Positions 12,134 through 26,919 of a stretch of DNA of 64,000 bases are shown here, in pieces. Positions within the stretch are counted from its first letter, which is position 1; every line of letters starts with the position of its first letter. Both the position numbers and the translations under genes were made by a program. The stretch is from positions 126,234,001 to 126,298,000 of the forward strand of contig NW_024704742.1 in the NCBI RefSeq assembly GCF_018977255.1. The letters run 5' to 3'. This stretch comes from Callorhinchus milii (taxonomy: Eukaryota). The notes below the pieces were generated by a model, which was not told where the DNA came from, did no database searches, and saw nothing but the letters and a program-made list of their open reading frames with translations.

Positions 12134-13741
12134 CTTTTATTTGGAAATGACAAAACAAAGATAAAAATAGAAAATTGCAGTGAAAAGGCTGAGTTCATAT
12201 TTTCCTGCTTGTTGCTCTAATGGCTTTAAAGATGTCTTTTGAGGCTTACGTTGCATGCTGATTCAGCTTAGTACAATAGATCCTGGAAATCTGGATCTTG
12301 CACCACAGGTTACGGAATATTATTGATTAGTTGCAGTTGCAAGTGAAGCAAACACTGTGGAAAGCAATGTTTCAGAAAGCACGGATTCAGAAACAAAACT
12401 GATGATTCCACTCATAACTTTCCCATTTTTAAGGAAAATGGCCTTTGAATGGAAAAATATGCAACAGTTCAGACTTCGCCCACAAAATATACAGTTAATT
12501 CGTTATATTCTGTGAAATGTTTTGAGATGTCTCAAAGACTTGATAAGGCCCTATATCAAATGCAACGATTATTATTTATTTCATCCAGGTACAGTGTGTG
12601 GACTTTTCTTAGTACTATATTTCTTAGTCTTGTCTTGTGTGCATGACGCTAGCAATAAAAAGGCTAGACTGCATGGCAGACTGCATTCAGATTTGTATAG
12701 TGTAATACAAGTAGTTTTAAGATTTAATGACTGTAGTGCAAAGCACTTTCTCAACTTTTAATGGAAGATGAAAACATTGATTAACTATTAACACAATTAA
12801 GGAGATGGCAGGTAAATGCTGGCCAAAGATAAAAGATTAGAAACAGTCTTTTGTTTCCCAGCAAAAAAAATGTGAAGCATGAGGCAAAGCAATAGATCAC
12901 AAGATGGGTTCAGATGAAGAAGGCCCTATGACTTATTTGATCTCATCCTTTCAGAATAGTCACCCTACCATCCTCCTATTACAGCATCAAGGTGTTTCTT
13001 AAATGAGTCCAGGGTCCTGAGTCATGGGACATCTGTCTTAGAAATAGACATAATAGTCACCGGGAAAAAGGAATGCATCAAATCAGCTTTAAAAATAATA
13101 ATAATAATAATCCTTGCATCTGATATAGCGCCTTATCACATCTTCCAGATGTCGCAAAACATTTCACAGAATATATTACAAAGTGAATTAATGCAAGAGA
13201 ATTGCTAATCATATTTGTTAAATGAGAAGAAGTTGATGCATAAGGTTGCCCAACAAGGTCACAAGATCACAAATTTGAAAGAAGAAAGCTCTTTGAACTA
13301 TTTGACCTCATCCTTGCAAAATGCCCATCCTACTACCCAGCATCAAGTTATTTGTTAAATGAGTCTAACTGCCCCTACAACCACCCTTTCTGGTAAATCT
13401 TTGCATTTGTTAATTATCCTTTGTGTAAAGAAATACTCTGGGTTACCTGTCCTGAAATTGCTCTAAACCTAGGCCTTATGTTCCTCTGTCTTTGTGTCCT
13501 TGAAAATATTGTTTTGGGTTTACTTTCTCAATCTTATCTAGGACCATGTATACCTATATTAGATCCCTTCTGAGGTGTCACTTTTCAAGGTTGAAAAGCC
13601 CGAGCTTGTCTAATCATTGCCCAAAGCTCATTACTCCAACACTGGGTATCATCTTTGTTGCTTTCCTCTAGGGCCTGAACAGTCCCACTATGTTGCAGCG
13701 ACCAGAACTGTGTGCATGATACCATGCCTCAGTGGATGGAG

Positions 13742-14500
13742 AACAACAACAACAACTTGATTTATATAGCGCCCTCCACGCCGGACGGCGTCTCAGAGCG
13801 CTTTACAGTAACAGATCCCGGCGCCGAGGGAGGGGGAGGAAGGTGACCAAAGGCACAGTCAAAAAGAAAGGTCTTCAGCAGAGACCTGAAAATGGGAAGA
13901 GAGGGAGCGAGACAAAGGGAGTGAGGAATTGCAGTTCCAGAGCCTCAGGGCATAGTGGCTGAAGGCACGGCCGCTGAGGGTGGAGCGGAGGACTTGGGGG
14001 ATGAGGAGAGGCCAGACTCGGAGCAACGAAGGCAACTGGTACTGTTTTGAGGAGAAAGGAGGTCAGAGAGGTAGGGGGGTGCAGAGGAGTGGAGGGACTT
14101 GAAAACAAGGGTGAGGATCTTGAAATCGATCTTCTCTGGGATAGGCAGTCAGTGCAGTCTGGCAAGTACTGGGGTAATCGGGGAGTGGAGTTTGGTGCAG
14201 GTGAGAATGCGGGCGGCAGAGTTTTGAATGATCTGGATTTTATGGATGGTAGTGGATGGGAGACCGGCGAGGAGGGCGTGAGAGTAGTCCAGCCGAGAGG
14301 TGACAAAGGCATGGATCAGGGTTTCAGCGGCTTGTGGCGAGAGGTATTGGTGGAGACGGGCAATTCGTCAGAGGTGGCAAAAAACGGTGCTGGTGAGGGA
14401 CCGGATGTGCCCTGGTCACAGATAGAGAGGATGTCGTTTGTGACTTTCACAAGCGCAGTCTCTGTACTGTGGGCAGGGCAGAAACCGGACTGGAAACCGA
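13742..14500 (-). mobile_element. L2 LINE family B fragment, internally deleted
   Basis: [25 protein letters not shown] motif. Family-B tail gcgctctgagacgccgtccggcgtggagggcgctatataaatcaag(TTG)n on the minus strand. Confidence 0.88.
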
Positions 14501-17500
14501 ACAATTCAAGCACTGGTTGGTGAAAAGGATGAAGTAGAAACCAGTGCAAATGTCAACATGTTCAAGAGCAATGATAGAATGTGGCTGAAGTGCAAAGAAC
14601 TTTAAAATAAATACACAGCATATCATCCTGATAGTTATAAAAGAGCATACTCGCCATCAGAAATAGCTGGCATTTACAGAATAGGGCTGCAAAATGAGGC
14701 AAACATTCAAAATATTTGGAATAAACTTCAGGGTGTCTGGAACTTGGAAATAATGCCATGGTTGACCTCATGAATGTGTCATGCAATCAACCTAGACTGG
14801 CAGCTCAGCCCTGAGAATTGAGCTATCAATCTTTAAGACTTTTCCCCCAAAACTAAAATCACCTTGTATTAGCCCTGATCCCTTATGCAAATGAGATTAC
14901 ATTGAGTATCATTTTGGAGCGTTTCAAATAGTTGAAACTTTTTGTTCCTCTCACAACAACAACAATACAAAATTTACAAATTTACATTGATAACACCTTT
15001 TATGTCAGCAGGATGTCCCAAAGCACTTCATAGGTTATATTGTAAATTGAAGTAACAATATGATTTGTAGTCAAACGTGGCAGTCAATTTGCACATAGCA
15101 ATTCCCGACACCCAGTTTATGCCGCATCCAGAATTGCTTACCTTCTGTCTGACTTAAAAATAATTCTGCCCACTAATCTTGATGAGTGAATTACAGCAAT
15201 AATAATCCTTGCATTTAATAGAGCCCCATGGATATTACTGAATGTCTCAAATGGTTTTGCAGGGTTTAATGTGAAGTATAGTGACTGTGTAGGATTATTA
15301 GAAAGTCAGTCTGAACTTGCTGCTCTCTATAGCAAAAAACGGCATCACACTAATCCAGACAAAGGCAGCATACAAACTAAGGTCAAGTAATTTACTACCA
15401 CTGACACATGTGTCATGAATAACCTGGGATTTAATGATGACATTGATCTTAGAGGAAAACAAAAATTCCCCACTGAGCTCAAGTACTTGAAGAAGCCAGG
15501 AACAAATAAGCAGTGACCAATGTGGTGAGACCCAATGACAGATAGATTGGTCATTCACTTCACAGATGTTTGTGGGACCTTGCTGTGCGCAAATTGGCTG
15601 TCATGTTGCCTACAAAGATACTCTTCAAAGAAATGACCTGTGAAGCACTGTAAGATTTTCTTTGTTACAGGTGCTCACAAATGCAAGGATTGTTATTGCT
15701 AATAAGATTGAAGGTAAAAAGAAATTAGAAGAGTATGGCCCAAACTGTACTATTGGCTTTGAGCTATGCCCAGACATTTGTACAGTAGTTATCTAACCAC
15801 TACTTTCTGTTTTAGTTACAATAAATATGTTTTAGTGTCTGTAAAGGTGGTTTATGGTTTAGCTATCTTCAACCTGCTCTGAAAAATCTATTTTCAGATG
15901 CTTGTCGGCACTTAATTGTACGGAGGAACAAGAGGACACAGATTTAGGTTGCAAAGGGCAATTTCAGCACAGACACCATGAAGTATTTCTTTACCCAGAG
16001 TTTAAGAAATAACTGGAACAGGTTGCCATGAAGGCTGGTTGATAGGCTTATTTAGTTCTTCATGCTGCACTCATTTATTTATGCTGTCAAGGGAGGACAA
16101 TAAGATGGGGATTCTGGAAGGATGTGTTCAAATGGATGCAAGGGCATTCTTTATCCGAACCAACCTTGTGATTTTGTGGACACTTTTAAACAGTTGCTCC
16201 AAAATGGATGGTAAAGAAATAGAAACACAAGTGCTAAGTTTTTAACTCACTAACAATAATATTAATAACGTAATAACAGAAGTAAGAAAAAAAGGCAGAA
16301 AAAATAGAGTATGCACGAAAGATTGAAGAAGGAAATGAAAGTGCAACCAAAAATTGGTTTTAAAAGTACTTCCCCATTTAGGAGTTGAAATATATGACAT
16401 TTTCTTGCGGATTCAAAATACTAAATATCCTTGAATCCATTAAGAAACAGAGCATTTCCCACACCTTGGCATTAACAAAAGCCTCCATTATCTTTCAAGA
16501 TTGAAATTATTTTACTTATTATTTTAATAATTTGGTCACTCAATCCACGACTGTTTGTGGGCACCTCTGTATGCAATTGGCTGCCACATTTTGCCCACAA
16601 AATACACAGTCAATCCACCTTACAGTACATCCCGTGAAGCGCTTTGAGACATCTCATCAACTTGATAAGGCACTGGATCAAATGCAAGGATTATTATTTA
16701 TTTGCTAATATAGTAGTTTTTATTAACACTACTATATTAATTTAAAATAATTTTATTTCATTATTTTAATATCTCGCATTTTTTGTGCAAATAGTGTGTT
16801 TCCTTAAATCTATTTTTCTGTGTCTAGTTTTGGAAACACAAAGAAGAGAACTCATTTAAAGATGCCTTGTGGAAAGCTTTTGAAAAGATTCTATCTTTTT
16901 ACATTAACTCTGAGACTATATTGTTCCAGATAAGGCTATTGTCAGGTCTTGTACTGGAGTATTATTTTAGGCTGAACACAGGAATATATTTGCTGGTTTC
17001 CATTTCCGCTTGTTACTCATTTGCTTTTCCAGTCCCTACTCTAAGCTCCTCGAGTTTGGATGCTACCTGCTATGAATGAGAAATGTAAATCTAACCCAAT
17101 GTGATTTTGTGTTTCAGATGTTATCACATCGCTTGTGTTGGCTTGACCTTTTCTACTCGTTGTCCTTCCAATTCCTTCAAGGCTAAAGCATAGCTGTGAA
17201 AATCCAGAGACTCTTTGATTCCTTAATGCATATTTCTCATTTAGTTCTTCAACTGAAGTGATCTCCTCTGAGACAAACGGTGTCAATGTTAGCTCCCTAC
17301 CTTATTCCATTCCGAGAGCCATTCACCCTTATCAGTGGAATTTCACTATAGTCAAGTCAAAACAGTCAGAAGGTTCACCTTGAGTATTTTTGTGCCTAAT
17401 TGGACTATTTGCTCTGAGCGATTAATCACAGTGTGAATTTGTATCTACTGTATGAGTTAAGATAAATGGCATCCTTAATCTCCTGAGATGTAATGGCGGC

Positions 17501-19534
17501 CTCCTGCATCCGACTCCACAGAAGTTTCCAGTTATTGTTCTGCAATACTTTTATCACAAAGTTAAATTTGAATGATTCCCAGCAATGATTTGTGTTGGAT
17601 ACTTTCTGCCCTCTTTCAATATTTCTTTGACTTAATTTAGCTATGGATGTTTCTGGATCCTCTTGTTCAGTCATTTTAATGAAGTTAGTCTAAGCGATGC
17701 ACTTTGCAGAATCTTATTTTGATCACGAACATACATAATTGGTTTTGGTATTAAAAACCGCTTAACAAGAAGATGTTTAGCAATGTGATAAGTTAGCTGG
17801 TTTCCACTTACTCCACTGCACAGATATTTCAGTTTTATAATATTTGTATTGGCATTCTCCTTGTTCGTATATAAAAGTACCTTCTCAAAGTGGTCTCTAG
17901 CATTCAAGCTGCAACGTAATTTGTTTTCGGAGGACAAGGATCAACTCCCAATTTATACATAATTTCACATGATGATTCAACACAGTATTAACTGGGCTGT
18001 AGCTTTCTCATAATAATATCTCAATTGTACTTTGAACAACCCAAAATGTTTTTTCCTCTATTATGTTGCTAGGTAGAATATTCACAATATAAGTTGTTAC
18101 TGATATCAGTTTAGAGTCATTCTTCATTTGTTCCCATTTAAGTTCCCTGGTCCTACTTTCAGATGTACTGTACTTTGAAGTAATAGCATGGGATTATGTT
18201 ATCTATATGATTAAATATTTATAATAATAATCGTTACATTTGATTTAGTGCCTTTCACGCTGGAAGGATGTCTCAAAGCATTTCCCAAAATGTACTAGAT
18301 ATATAGAAAAATAGAAACAGGAGCAGGCCATTCAGCCCCTCGAGCCTGTTCCGCCATTCTATAAGACCAAGGTTGATCTGTACCTCAACTCCAATTATCT
18401 GCCATTGCCCCACATCCCTTGTTAATCTGACCTAACAAATATCTATCCACCTCAATTTTGATACTATAAGGTGTAGTGACTGCACTGGAATGCCATCCTA
18501 GACTATGAGCTCAATGTCCTAAATATATGCATATTTAGAACATGCTGAACTTACATATGCAAATAAAAATGCAAAATAATGCTTGCATTTGATACTATGC
18601 CTTATCATATCTTCAAAATGTTGAGATCAACTAGATTAGAATCTCAACAGCCTGACCACGCCACACAGGCCAATAAATTGACTTGAGCTACATAACTATA
18701 TTAATAATATTAATAATAATCCTTGCATTTGATATCACGACTTTCACATCAGGAGGATATCTCAAAACCCTTTATAGGATTTATTGTAAAGTGTAGTTAG
18801 CGATTGTGCATATTGTAAGCAAAACATATGGCCCCAAAAGTTTCTTGTGACTGATTTATTTCTACTGATCAGCAGAAACAAATTTGTGATGACAGCAAAG
18901 GGAATGCATCCCATTGCTTTAATTTGCAGAAGCAACGTCTGCATGGTATCACTGTGGCCTTTGATATTTCACTATTCAGCAAAAACTTTATAAACAAGCA
19001 TTTAGAACTTTTCACATCTTTCTGGAGGTGCAGAAGAATCCATGGAAAAAGTTGATACATTCAGTCTTAGAACAAATGTCCTTAATATGGCATTTGTCCA
19101 GCATTAACAGGGTAAGTTTGTTCCATTTTTTGGAAGTAAATGCTGACACACCCCAAATCTGATGCATGACATTTGTTTCCTTTGTTTTCATCATTTCAGT
19201 TAGAACCACTTAATGAAAAAATTATGTTAGTTGCAAATCAATCACATACTTGACAGCATCTGTCACCAGTAGTAACGGATGATGTAAATTTACCATACAT
19301 ACATTCCCATAAGATTTCAAGATTGTCACAGCTAATAGCCTTCAGTGGGTATTTTGCAACTGACCTGTGATTGTGAAACTGATGTGTTGTAATGCTGAAT
19401 AAGCATCAACGGTAAATTTTACAGTGCCAATTAGCGCTATATTTAAAACTACATTTCACAAATTAAATTAGGACATTGGCAACATTGTATTGCGTTGATA
19501 GAAAGTGGAATGTCTTGTGACATTATTTACTTAT

Positions 19535-19619
19535 CATCCATCCCTCCATCCCTCCATCCCTCCGTGCATCCATCCCTCCGCCCGCCCGTCCATCCGTTTG
19601 TTTGTTTGTTTGTTTGTTT
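19535..19619. repeat. Compound tetranucleotide microsatellite (CATC/CCTC/CGCC, then TTTG)
   Basis: Read directly from the sequence. Confidence 0.9.
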
Positions 19620-21040
19620 ATTACCAATACCCTTTCTAGGGAATAGAGAGGTATAGTTGAGGGGAAATGAATAGGTGGTGGCTCCTGTGGAATATAAACA
19701 CCGACACGGATCAGTTGGGCAGAATGGCCTGTTTCTGTGCTGTATTACTTCATGTAACTCTGCATAACAATCATTTCTCATTTTAACTCTACTATTTAGT
19801 ATCACGATATAATCGTGCCTTGGGCGTAAAATCACAAGATCATGAGATTGGTTCAGATAAAGAAGGCTTTTTGGCCCATTTAATCTCATCCTTCCAGAAC
19901 ACCAACTGTATCCCATCACATCATCAAGCAGTTATTTTTAAATGAGTGTCCTGGCTGCAACCACCCTTCCTGCCATTAACTTCCCTCTGGGTAAAACCAA
20001 TTCCTGCTGTATATCCTGAAATTGCCCATTGCAATCAAAACCTTTGTCTTCTTTATCTACTGACTTGTTGTATCCTGGAGTATTGTTCTGGGTTTACTTT
20101 TTCAAGCGTATAACAATTAACATGCTGTACACCTCCATGAGGTCCCAGGAAAGAACATAAGAAGATAAGAATTAGGAGCAGTAGTAGGCCATTCGGCTCC
20201 TCGAGCCTGCCGTGCCATTCGATAAGATCATGGGTGATCTTCAGACCTAACTCTAATTACCTGCCCTATCCCCATATCCCCTAATCCCTCTGTTTTTTAA
20301 AAATCTATCAGTCTCAGCCTTGAAGCAGTAATGTTCCTTTGTATCAAGAAATAAAGCAGCTTAGGTCCTGGAATCTAAAGGACACAGCCTAGAAGCAGTG
20401 CTGTGATCACCACAATGAAGGGCCTGGGGCATGATTCAGATACCAACAACAACTTGCAGTTACATAGCCTCCTTCACATGGGGTAGCGTCCCAGAGCGCT
20501 TCTTATCAAAGTTGGTTACATTCAATCTCGGAAGAATTGGCATGAGTCAACTGTGCAACTGTGAATAATTGCAATGTAAAGCAGTCTTGTTGTTCTATTG
20601 TATAATCTAAAGGAAACTTTTTTTATTGTTGTTTTAACAATAATCTGAGTCAGGTCAGTTAACATTTTATCTAAAGCTTCCAAATCAGATATCAAACTAT
20701 AGTTATACAGACGTCATAGTATACCTATATTACTATGAATTCAAAGAATTCAATGAGTTTTATTAGTAATGATCTTCCCCTATTAAGTCAGTTGGGTTGT
20801 TTCTTATGAAGTTATTTCTGCACAACTACTCCTGCAGTCTGCTTCTCAGAATAGCTTCCATCATTGTACATATAATTGATATATGATTGGGTCAGTCGTG
20901 GTCACTTTTTTCCTGTATAAGTCCTCATTCTGCTATTTGACTGCTCCTCATGTCATTATTAGAATGGAATATTCATCAAAACCACCTTCAATTTCTTGAG
21001 TTGTGTTCTGAATGTCAACTCAAGGCTACTCAGTGATTTG

Positions 21041-21362
21041 GAGTCCTGTAGCTCAGTGGTTAGAACACTTATCTTGCAAACGAGACACCTGGTTCAATTC
21101 CAGGCAGGGCGAAACCTTGGGCAAGTTTCCTTACTCCACATGCCCCATAATAATCCCTCCAAAACAAAACAATAATAAATTGGTCATTTTCAATCCACGA
21201 CTGTTTGTGGGACACTGCTGTGCGCAATTGGCTGCCGCGTTCGTCCACAAATATACAGCCAATTCACTTTACAGTCTATTCTGTGAAGCGCATTGAGACA
21301 TCTAGAAGATGTGAAAAGCGCTATATCAAATGCAAGGATTATTATTATTATTATTATTATTA
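21041..21362 (+). mobile_element. tRNA-derived Deu-SINE with L2-type tail (short form)
   Basis: A box TAGCTCAGTGG, B box GTTCAATTCC, Deu core tgtttgtgggacactgctgtgcgcaattggctgccgc, (TAT)n tail. Confidence 0.9.
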
Positions 21363-22528
21363 CTCTTCAAAATGGTAGAATAAAATCACAGGACAGAGGC
21401 CAGTGCAAATAGGTGCAAAAGTGCTGACTGCAACTTTTTCTTTCTTACTCATAGTCTCACCCTTGCACACCCAAACTATAAGGATTGCCTCTAAGAAGCA
21501 TTTTTAATATCTTGCTTAATTAATTTTGCAAAAAGCTGTATTGAAAGTTCACACACCAAATGCAATAAAGATGAATTTCCAATCACAAGTGGAACTTTGT
21601 TTGGTTTGGATACTTTTAAGCATCGTTATAGGTTTCTACAAGTGTGAAACACCTGGCTAACAAATACATTCAGACATCAGTGCCAAAGGCTATGTCAAGA
21701 CTTTGCATGTTAATAAAATCACTAAAGACAGCACTTGAGGCTTCCTGAACAGTGGCATGTATCCAGCCATATAAATTAGCACAGGCTTATTTCTGTAATG
21801 TTGTCAGGGAAGACGATGACAAGTTAAGATTGTATCAACTCAGCTTGTCTAAATCAGAGTTAATTGGTAATTCAGATAGGTATCTTGTAGATGTTGATTT
21901 TGATGTTAAGTAGCACTGAAAGAAATGCTCTGAATTAAATAATATTTTGTCCAATTCAATTATTATTAAAATTTTTGAACATGTAACAAAATGCACAATT
22001 TCATAGCTTTAATTTCTTCTCCCACGATCGATCGACTCTCTGGTTTGGAACTGATTCAAATGTCTCTTCAGTTTGCTTATGATACTTTAAGTGCTGCAAA
22101 TCTGTATAACTGATAGAACTAGTGTAGCTACAATTCTTTATTTTTCCTTTCTGAAGAATCTTGCCGCGCCTCACTGAGCAGAGATCTCTCAAGATGAGAT
22201 AAATACTTCTTTGGTCATAGCTTTGAATTATGCTATAATTTAATAGCTGCCTTTAGTATGTTATTTCAGAGATAACCTTGGAGAGTGTAAAGAGATCTGA
22301 TCTTAAGATACTACTACATGATGCGGTTTTTAATGTCTAATCCTTAGAGCTTTTCTACAATAACACAACATTTCCCTTCTCCACCATTACTCATCTCCCA
22401 GGCTGCCAAGACACTCATCCAAGTCTTCATCACATCTAGGCTTCACTATTCTAATGCTCTGTTTGCTGGATTCTCCAACTCCTCTTTATACATGTTGCAG
22501 ACTATCCAACACTCTGCAGTCCAGGTGT

Positions 22529-23218
22529 TGTTGTCAGAAAAAAAAATCAGCCATCATCCGTTTGCAACCGAATATTAGACCTTTCCTTTATTATTATTCA
22601 TTATTCCCCAGTTTCCCAATGGGTCAGACCAAAGGCCGGTACAATCAACAGATCTTATAACAGAATAATACCACCATAGATATCTCGAGTTCAACACTGT
22701 GTCTTTACAGCACACAAGCTTGATTCTTCATGTTTTCAGTCTTCTTGCTTACAGCTTTCAATCTTCCATCTGATATCGTCAGTCATAGTGTTTCTAGCTC
22801 TCAGTCTTCCATCTCCCGTACCCTTGACTCTGCAGCCCGGGATGGCTCCATCTCCCGTACCCTTGTCTCTGCAGCCCGGGATGGCTCCATCTCCCGTATC
22901 CTTGTCTCCGCGACCCGGGACGGCCCCCGTTCACAAAGTTAACGGAACTCTTATACCGATGTTCGTCCAATCATGGTGCGGACATTAGATCACCTGGCCA
23001 AAATCATGCTGAGTTCACGTGAACACCTCATGGGGTGTACGTGCCTCACGCACACAAACACACTGTCCTTGAGACAGTCCGTTACCTTGTGTACGTGCAG
23101 GGCAGTAGTACACATCTTGTCCTTGAGACACTCACGTGACCTTGGGTGTAAACTCATGAGTTTCAGTCCAATTGCTCCCCCACCCACACTTAACTTAAAA
23201 GTTAACCCATTCGCAACA
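22529..23218 (-). mobile_element. Solo LTR inserted in an L2 fragment
   Basis: TGTTG...CAACA termini. On the minus strand TATAA (22955-22951) precedes AATAAA (22592-22587). Internal tandem repeats. L2 sequence flanks both sides (22370-22528 and 23219-23290). No clear TSD. Confidence 0.7.
22808..22924. repeat. 3 x 39-bp tandem repeat inside the LTR
   Basis: Unit tccatctcccgtacccttg(a/t)ctctgcagcccgggatggc starting at 22808, 22847 and 22886. Confidence 0.95.
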
Positions 23219-23548
23219 TCTATTACTGGCTCCTCAATTGATTTCAAGATCTTCATCCACATCTTCAAATCTCTCTATAGCCTCGCTCCATCTGCATTGC
23301 GCTTGGGCCATTGAGTCTGCACTGGCTCTCAGAGCAAACTGTCCATTCAATCCCACTGCCCCACTCTATCCCCATATCCCCACTACGAACTCTGCTTCTA
23401 CCATTTACTTAGACAGCCATTCCATGTCCCATCAACTCAGTGCTGTAATGTATTACGAAATAAGTATGCTAAAATGTTAACCCTACAGTAATTCTATAAC
23501 AGCATGAAGCTGCATTACCACTTAAATAATCCGCAATAACTGCAGTGG

Positions 23549-23863
23549 GAGTCCTGTAGCTCAGTGGTTAGAGAACTCGCTTTGTAAGTGAGAGACCTGA
23601 GTTCAATTCCAGGCAGGGCGAAACCTTGGGCAAGTTTCCTTACTCCACACGCCTAATAATAATCCCGCCAAAAAAACAAAACAATAATAAATTGGTCATT
23701 TTCAATTCATGACTGTTTGTGGGACACTGCTGTGCGCAATTGGCTGCCGCGTTCGCCCACAAATATACAGTCAATTCACTTTACAGTATATTCTGTGAAG
23801 TGCTTTGGGACGTCCAGAAGACGTGAAAAGCACTATATCAAATGCAAGGATTATTATTATTAT
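23549..23863 (+). mobile_element. tRNA-derived Deu-SINE (short form)
   Basis: Same head, core and tail as the 21041 copy. Confidence 0.9.
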
Positions 23864-26189
23864 AATATATTGTTTTTTTATTTTGTGTATTTTGTTTATA
23901 GCGGAATTTCGTTTTTCAGTTTTACTGTTACAGTTTGGGATAATTAAATCATAAAATATATGTGTTCAAATCTATTTTCAAAAAGAATAATGGGTATTTT
24001 TATGACTAGATATGTTTATGTATTTGTGAATGCAACAATTCAACAACAAATCATACAGAGTTTGTCGTTTTTATTTCAAAATTATATTATGGTGCAGACA
24101 GACATAAGGTACTCTTCAGTGTAGGTTCTCTCTGGTGTCTCATTAATAATTTAGTTTGCTCTTGTGACATCCCACACTGTCCAGATTTATCACTCCGTTT
24201 GCACTGGGAGCCTGCATCAAATATGTGAGGCAGGAACAGTAAAACACAATAGAACTGCTTAAGGGGACTTATTTAACACCAGCAGAATCCGCTTCAGAGC
24301 ACCAGTGGGAAGATAATGAAGCACACTCATCCTGTCAGAGCAATATTAACTTCTTACCATTGTACAGTTGTTAGTAATAAATCTCTACTAGACAATGCCA
24401 AAAAGACTCTGAGTGCAGTCTAGGTAGTAATAAAATTATTTACGAAACAGCATTTACTAGGAAATGGGAAAAGCAAAATATAGCACATTTAACTTGTTAT
24501 TTGTAGATTAAATTTGTTTTATAGCTACTGTATTACTTGTAAATTTGGTAAATAAAGTGCCTATTTATTCTTTTATAGCTTTTGTATGAATGCAAAAGAA
24601 AATAAATATATTAGGTAATGTGTTTGTCACTATAAGGTTTGCAAATGCAGTTCATCCAGAATACATTTTAAAAATCTTGTGCCTCTTGTACATTTGGGAA
24701 CTGAATAAAATAGTATAGCAGGAAAACTCCATGGAGGAAAGGTATCTAATGAACTTAACTCTGGTGGTGGAGAGAAAACACATGAAAATTTTGAATGATT
24801 ATACTGGTTATTGATGGCTAAGACACTTTGAGAAAGAGAGCATTTATGTTGTCATGATTCCCCTTATGTCTGGACTAAATACAGCATGTACAGGAGTCTG
24901 CCAATAAACCACTATCTATTCTTCAGGTCAAGAAAGATATGGATGAATATCTGCTTGTCTGGAATTTGATTCAGAGTTACTGTATATGAATGGATATCAA
25001 GTAAATATCATCAAATACTTCACTATGTGTTGAGATGGTTTCTCACCTGTGTTTGCCATTTGTTAGTCTGCATAGAGTCAAATATAGTTTGAAAACCATA
25101 ATCCTTTCCATTTGATATAATAACTTCTCATGTCATCGTATTGATTCAAAGGGCTTTACAGAAATTATTCTAACATGTAGTAACTCTGTGTGTTTAAGAG
25201 AATGAGGCAGCCAATTTGCACACAACAATGTCCCACCAACAGCCAATGACCAATTTTATCTTGAGTACAGTAGTTCTTTTTGAATAGCGCCACAGAACCT
25301 TTAACGTCCACCTGAATGGGGAATACAATCTCAATTTAACATCCTCACTTGAAGGACGACACATCCGAAAATGTTGTGCTCCCCCAGCACTATACTTTTT
25401 TACATAGAAACAGGAATAGGTCATCCAGCCCTTCGAGCCTGTTCCGCTATTCTATAAGATCATGGCTGATCTGTACTTCAAGTCCAATGACCTGCCTTTG
25501 CCCCATATCCCTTAATTCCCTGACCTAACAAATAGGTTTTGGAGTGCCAGAATCGACTGTGAGTTAAAAGTGCTGATGTGGGGTTTGAACCCACAACCTT
25601 CTGAGGCAAAGGTGTTGCCAACTGCGCTGGGCTAATACCTGATAGTTATGAATTAGTCCATAGATTCTACATGCTCTGTGGTGTGGGTGTGTTTTTGGTC
25701 CTTCATCATTTCAATCCATTCCTTTCAATGTTAAGATGTTTGAGAATTAACGTTAATGTTCAATAAATACACTATGAGAATGTGTCTTGCAAGATGACAG
25801 TGTGAAAGCATTTTTATTAAAAAAAACTGACGTTCGGTTTAATTATTATCACATAAATGAAGAATGATTATCAATTATTTGTGGAGGTTAATTTTGGCAC
25901 GGGCTAACGGAATATATTAGAGAAATAGCTAATAACTTTCCAGAATTCTATAATTCTGAACAAAATATGCAGAGAAGGACAGATGAAAAATTGTCCCAAC
26001 TGCCGAAATTCATTTTTCTTGCAACAGAAATATCCTGCCAGTATTTTACAGTGCTGATATGCTCATTGACTTCTCTGTGGGATAAAATGTCTACAGTCAA
26101 ATATTTTAGTCCTTGACTGTCAACTTCTCACCTCATTAGCTGTTTTATAGCTATCATTCTCATTGGCTCAGCTTTCCCTCACCCCTGCA

Positions 26190-26690
26190 GCATTGCACGT
26201 CTCAACCATTAACTCTCCCCCAAGGCTGCTGAGATCATCATCCATGCTTGTATGACATCAAGGGTTGATTGCCAACAGCCTGCTCCCTGGACTCCCCAGC
26301 TCTGCCCTACACTAGCTGTAGATCATCCAGAACTCTGCAGCTCATATCCTCTCCCCCACCAGACCCAGTCTGCTAGCCCATCCATCACCCCCTTTCTTGC
26401 TCGGCTCTACTGGCTCCCCATCCCCAAGTGGATCGAATTCACGATCCTCATCTTCACTTTCAAATCTCTCCACAGCCTCAGCCACTGTGACCTCCTGCAA
26501 CGCTCCTCCCCCAGCCACCCCATCTGTTCAGCAAACACTGGCATGCTTCATGTCCCCTATCAGACCCACCCCACCATCAGCTTTTCTGCTATTCTGCCCC
26601 CAATTTCTGGAACTCCATTCTGAAGTTCCTCCACTTTGGCCCCCTCCTTCCTGTCTTCAAAACCCACCCATCTTTTCAACATGTGCTTTT
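26190..26690 (+). mobile_element. Old, diverged L2 fragment
   Basis: ITPFLARLYWLPIPKWIEFTIL resembles the L2 ORF2 C-terminus. Confidence 0.75.
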
Positions 26691-26919
26691 AACAGACATC
26701 TTGTTATTGATGTTGGAACCTTTAGTATGACAAAATGATGGAGCAATAGGCTATTCCCCACTAATCTGTTACCTGCACTGTGTCGTGCTATAGGATGTGC
26801 TACAAAATTTCAAAATAGCAAGAAAAAGACATTGTACATTGCTATGTAATTTATTATTTTGCCTTTCTTCATGTAAAGGAGATTCAGTGCTTAAAAGCTT
26901 ATGCTGTGTTTGTCTTCTT

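Noticed and set aside
20720..20930. Additional exon of the remnant gene
   Set aside because: It translates to a decayed CR1 RT segment (IICTMMEAILR...LIKLIEFFE).
22808..22924. CRISPR-like array
   Set aside because: The repeats are contiguous with no unique spacers, the context is eukaryotic, and they lie inside an LTR.
24640..24990. Possible plus-strand exon
   Set aside because: Purine-rich but with multiple stops and no supporting splice chain.
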